NCBI GenBank assembly: GCA_000025185.1
Contig: CP001848.1
Coordinates: 3,900,001-3,932,000 of the forward strand
Direction: 5' to 3'
Length of the DNA stretch: 32,000 nucleotides
Origin: Pirellula staleyi DSM 6068
Lineage (GTDB): Bacteria; Planctomycetota; Planctomycetia; Pirellulales; Pirellulaceae
The translations under genes were made by a program, and so were the position numbers. Positions 29,053 through 32,000 of the stretch are shown in pieces. The notes under the pieces were generated by a model that was given only the letters and a program-made list of their open reading frames with translations, did not search any database and was not told the DNA's origin. Position 1 is the stretch's first letter; every line of letters begins with the position of its first letter.

Positions 29053-31518
29053 CTACTTCAAACGATATTTGTAGATCGGCAAGTGGCGGTAATAGACCTC
29101 GAGCATGTAGATCGACAGGCAGGTGACATACAACCGGCCACCATGCGGCCCCCAACGATCGCCACTTTGGCTCCAGCTGCCACGTTCGGCGCCGGTCTTC
29201 ACTTGATTGCGCGGAATCTCCTCGCGCATCACAGCATTCCAGCGGTTCCAGTCGTCTCCATCCATATGATGGGCCGCTTGGGTGGCATAATACCAGTAGT
29301 AGACATTTTGATCGCTGTAGTCGATCAAATTGGCCAGCACATAATCCATCCCCGCTCGCATGCGCGGGTCATCATGTTCCCAACCTAAATACTGTCGACA
29401 GAGCAAACCTTCTGCCGTCATCGTCAGGGTTTGACCTTCTCCCGGCTTATAAGAATAGCGGCTGCCATTCTCATGACTAACGCGATCGAGGAATTGGGTG
29501 ATTTTATCGACCGAGGGACTTTGAACTTCTAGGCCCGCCATGCGACCACTTTGCAGGGCCATCATATACCAGCCGGTCACCGAAGTATCAGAGTCGATCC
29601 GCGGCTCATAACGCCAGCCACCTTCAGGGGCCTGGGCTTTATGAGCAAAGTCGAGTGCTTTTTGAGCTGTCGCTTTGAACTCGGGATCTTTGGTCATCCC
29701 ATAGATTTCGCAGGCGGCAATCGTGGCCTGGGCTTGAGCATACAAACGATGATGATTGGCCGATTCGCATTCAAAAAAACCGTCAGCATTTTGCATCGCT
29801 TTCAAGGCTTTCCACCCTGAAATGACTTCCTTTTTGAAGTCCCCCATTTGATGCGTGTGGCCCGCCCCTTGGAAAGCCAGCAGCGCCATTGCCGTGGCAG
29901 AAACTTTGTTTTCTACGCCACCGCCGTCGGCATAAGGGCCAGTCAGGCTCCAGCTCCCATCTTTCTGCTGATTCCGCTTGAGCCATTCGAGGCCCAGCCG
30001 CACCGATGCTTCGGTCGTTGCATTGCCACCATAAGCCGCAAGCAATGCCTTTTTAGAGCCCTCTTCACGACCTGTCAGTGCCATGCCGATCGAAGGAGCC
30101 ACAATATCATCGGTGGCATTAATGGCATCGAGTTCCATCATCTCCACCATTGGTGGAGCAGCAAAAGGATCATCGACCGGTTTGCTATCGAGCGCTAAGG
30201 CCGGGTCGATAATCTCCATATTCAAAGATTCAGGAGATTGAAGCGTGTCGTCTAATACCTGTTCGCCAAGTTTCTCGGCGTACACAATTTCAATTTCAAC
30301 CTGATTGGGTGGCGGCGTCACAATGTATAAGAGTGCCAGCACGACAATTGCCACCATATGCACCAGCATGCTCACCATCCAAGGTGGCGCTGATTTCACG
30401 ACCTTTTGGGCGGGATCGTTTGCGCCTTCCTCGTCGGCGAGCTCTGTATCGACCTTCGGGGCGCTGGTGATCTCACCTGCTGGTGCCAGCAGCACCGGAC
30501 GCGCGACCACCGGCTGAGGTCGCAGCGGCATGGTCATCATTGGCGACGGAAGTGGCTGCATGGCCGCTGGCGAGGCTGCGGCACTGGAAGCCGCTGCAGG
30601 CGTGGCTGGCCTAGCTGGCAGGGTCGGCGGCACACTTGGCGCAGCTACCGCTGCTCCAGCTGGCGGCGAAACTGCTCCCGCCGATGGCACTGCTGATGTT
30701 GTGACCGCCGATGTTGCAGCCCCCTCTTTGACAGGCTTGGGGCGTTTGGTCTTGGTCGGAGTGGGCTGAGCCGCTCCCGATTCGCCACTCACCGGTGTGG
30801 GGCGCACGGGAGTCGGTCGGCTTGGTGTCGCCCCAGGGGCTGCTGGAGCCGGCGTCGCGCTGGCTGCGCCTCCCGGGGTAGCCGCTTTGGCCGTCACCGG
30901 AATCGGCCGGAGCGGAGCCACGCTCTGAAACGCCGACAGCGGAATCGGAGCCGCACCGCCACCTCCATCAGCCGACACCTGCGGAATCGTCATCGGCGTC
31001 GACGGAAACGGCATCGCTGTTTGAGGTTGCGTCGGCTGCTGTGGATATGCTTGCTGCGGATACCCAGGCTGCGGAGCGTACTGACCTTGCGGGTAGTACG
31101 GCTGCTGCGGATAAGCGGGCTGCTGATACTGCGGCTGAGCGGGTGGGTATCCAGGCTGCGGGTAGCCCGCCGGTGGATATTGCTGCTGCGGATAGGCCTG
31201 CTGAGGATAGGCCTGCTGAGGATATCCCGCTGGTGGATACTGCTGTGGAAACCCTTGCGGCGCTTGTGGAAAGGGCTGTTGCTGGTAACCCTGAGGATAG
31301 CCCGGCGCGGCCCCTGGATAGCCATAGCCCGGAGGTGGACTGGCGACCGGAATGCCGGCGAACTGCGGAGCAGCAGGTGGTACCGCACCGGCTGGATAGC
31401 CAGGTGGTGGCGGATAGGGCGGGGCCGATGGCGGCGCAGGTGGGGAGGGGCCGAAGCCGCCTTGAGGCGTCCTCGCTGAATCTCCTCCGCGCGTAGAATC
31501 GGACTCACTCATGCCCAT
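29053..31518 (-). CDS. membrane-anchored prenyltransferase/squalene-oxidase-repeat (alpha/alpha toroid) protein with long P/Q/Y-rich and A/P/T-rich N-terminal region
   Basis: Track ORF 29053..31548. The likely start is ATG at 31518 or 31512, after a GGGGGGA run. A single TM segment, [21 protein letters not shown], lies at about 30310-30390. The C-terminal domain has repeated QxxDGSW / GGW motifs ([38 protein letters not shown]). Confidence 0.85.
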   Translation of the reverse strand: MGMSESDSTRGGDSARTPQGGFGPSPPAPPSAPPYPPPPGYPAGAVPPAAPQFAGIPVASPPPGYGYPGAAPGYPQGYQQQPFPQAPQGFPQQYPPAGYPQQAYPQQAYPQQQYPPAGYPQPGYPPAQPQYQQPAYPQQPYYPQGQYAPQPGYPQQAYPQQPTQPQTAMPFPSTPMTIPQVSADGGGGAAPIPLSAFQSVAPLRPIPVTAKAATPGGAASATPAPAAPGATPSRPTPVRPTPVSGESGAAQPTPTKTKRPKPVKEGAATSAVTTSAVPSAGAVSPPAGAAVAAPSVPPTLPARPATPAAASSAAASPAAMQPLPSPMMTMPLRPQPVVARPVLLAPAGEITSAPKVDTELADEEGANDPAQKVVKSAPPWMVSMLVHMVAIVVLALLYIVTPPPNQVEIEIVYAEKLGEQVLDDTLQSPESLNMEIIDPALALDSKPVDDPFAAPPMVEMMELDAINATDDIVAPSIGMALTGREEGSKKALLAAYGGNATTEASVRLGLEWLKRNQQKDGSWSLTGPYADGGGVENKVSATAMALLAFQGAGHTHQMGDFKKEVISGWKALKAMQNADGFFECESANHHRLYAQAQATIAACEIYGMTKDPEFKATAQKALDFAHKAQAPEGGWRYEPRIDSDTSVTGWYMMALQSGRMAGLEVQSPSVDKITQFLDRVSHENGSRYSYKPGEGQTLTMTAEGLLCRQYLGWEHDDPRMRAGMDYVLANLIDYSDQNVYYWYYATQAAHHMDGDDWNRWNAVMREEIPRNQVKTGAERGSWSQSGDRWGPHGGRLYVTCLSIYMLEVYYRHLPIYKYRLK
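31176..31224 (-). repeat. 15-nt tandem repeat (two perfect units plus flanking degenerate copies) encoding YPQQA units
   Basis: gataggcctgctgag at 31191-31205 and 31206-31220 are identical. 31176-31190 matches 11 of 15 positions, and a partial copy follows at 31221-31224. The repeat lies inside the P/Q/Y-rich coding region. Confidence 0.85.
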
Positions 31519-32000
31519 GTTCCCCCCATGCCCACTCAGCCTCAGCACCTACACGCCTCAGAAGCCACAGGCTCTGACAAATCCCAGCGGATTCGAGCTT
31601 TCTAGTGCCAGCAATAATCTAGGTGCTAGTAACTTTGCCGAGTCGTCCCTTCCCAGTGGTGGTCCCTAAAGCCAGGAAAATCCCTGCCCGTAAGCCCCCC
31701 AAATGGTGCTGGTAAAACGCCGGAAAGTCTGCCGTCCCAAACTCTTACGAGTCTATCCGTCGATCCGCTACGAAACAAGCAAAAGATTCCCCGAATCGTT
31801 AAGCGTACCTTGTAACTCAGCCCTGGGCGGAGATCTGTTCACCCCACCCAAGCACTTGCTAATCCGCCCAAATCATGCTTTTGTAAGTCACGACTGGCAA
31901 TCGAGTTACGGTATCCCTGAACAGGGGGCTCTGATGAGTAGCTGGACTCGGCTGGCAGGCCTTGCCAAGCGGCCCAGTACACGAGAAACGAACGGCGAGG

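Overview
High-GC (about 58-60% by eye), densely coding window. I call 26 protein genes, one of them running off the left edge. I found no rRNA, tRNA, CRISPR array, transposase/integrase or obvious prophage or defence genes. The protein families suggest a Planctomycetota (Pirellulales-like) chromosome, but that is inference. They include a membrane-anchored prenyltransferase/squalene-oxidase-repeat protein, multiple groEL copies, a Tat-exported PF12831-type flavoprotein, and weak or absent Shine-Dalgarno sequences. Most content is housekeeping: ino1, an aspC-like aminotransferase, ilvA/tdcB-type threonine dehydratase, dapA, mgtE, and a chaperone string groEL-groES-groEL-dnaJ-grpE followed by two zinc-ribbon genes including yacG. 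I do not see a convincing novel multi-gene system such as a defence island. The best leads, all moderate: (1) a non-RD Ser/Thr kinase with a degenerate CheY-like receiver downstream, divergent from an orphan MIDAS-VWA coiled-coil protein; (2) a full-length CbiA/CobB-like protein in which all three catalytic motifs appear to be lost; (3) a membrane protein that joins a roughly 150-aa P/Q/Y-rich low-complexity repeat to an alpha/alpha-toroid domain; (4) a chaperone cluster with no dnaK, hrcA or CIRCE, but with a perfect tandem direct repeat and a perfect CRP/FNR-type palindrome in the long upstream spacer; (5) GroEL paralogs with divergent C-terminal tails; (6) a sharp codon-level GC drop inside ino1. 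Many long ORFs in the track are antisense shadows of real genes, which is typical of high-GC DNA. All homology calls come from hand reading and remembered motifs, not from searches.
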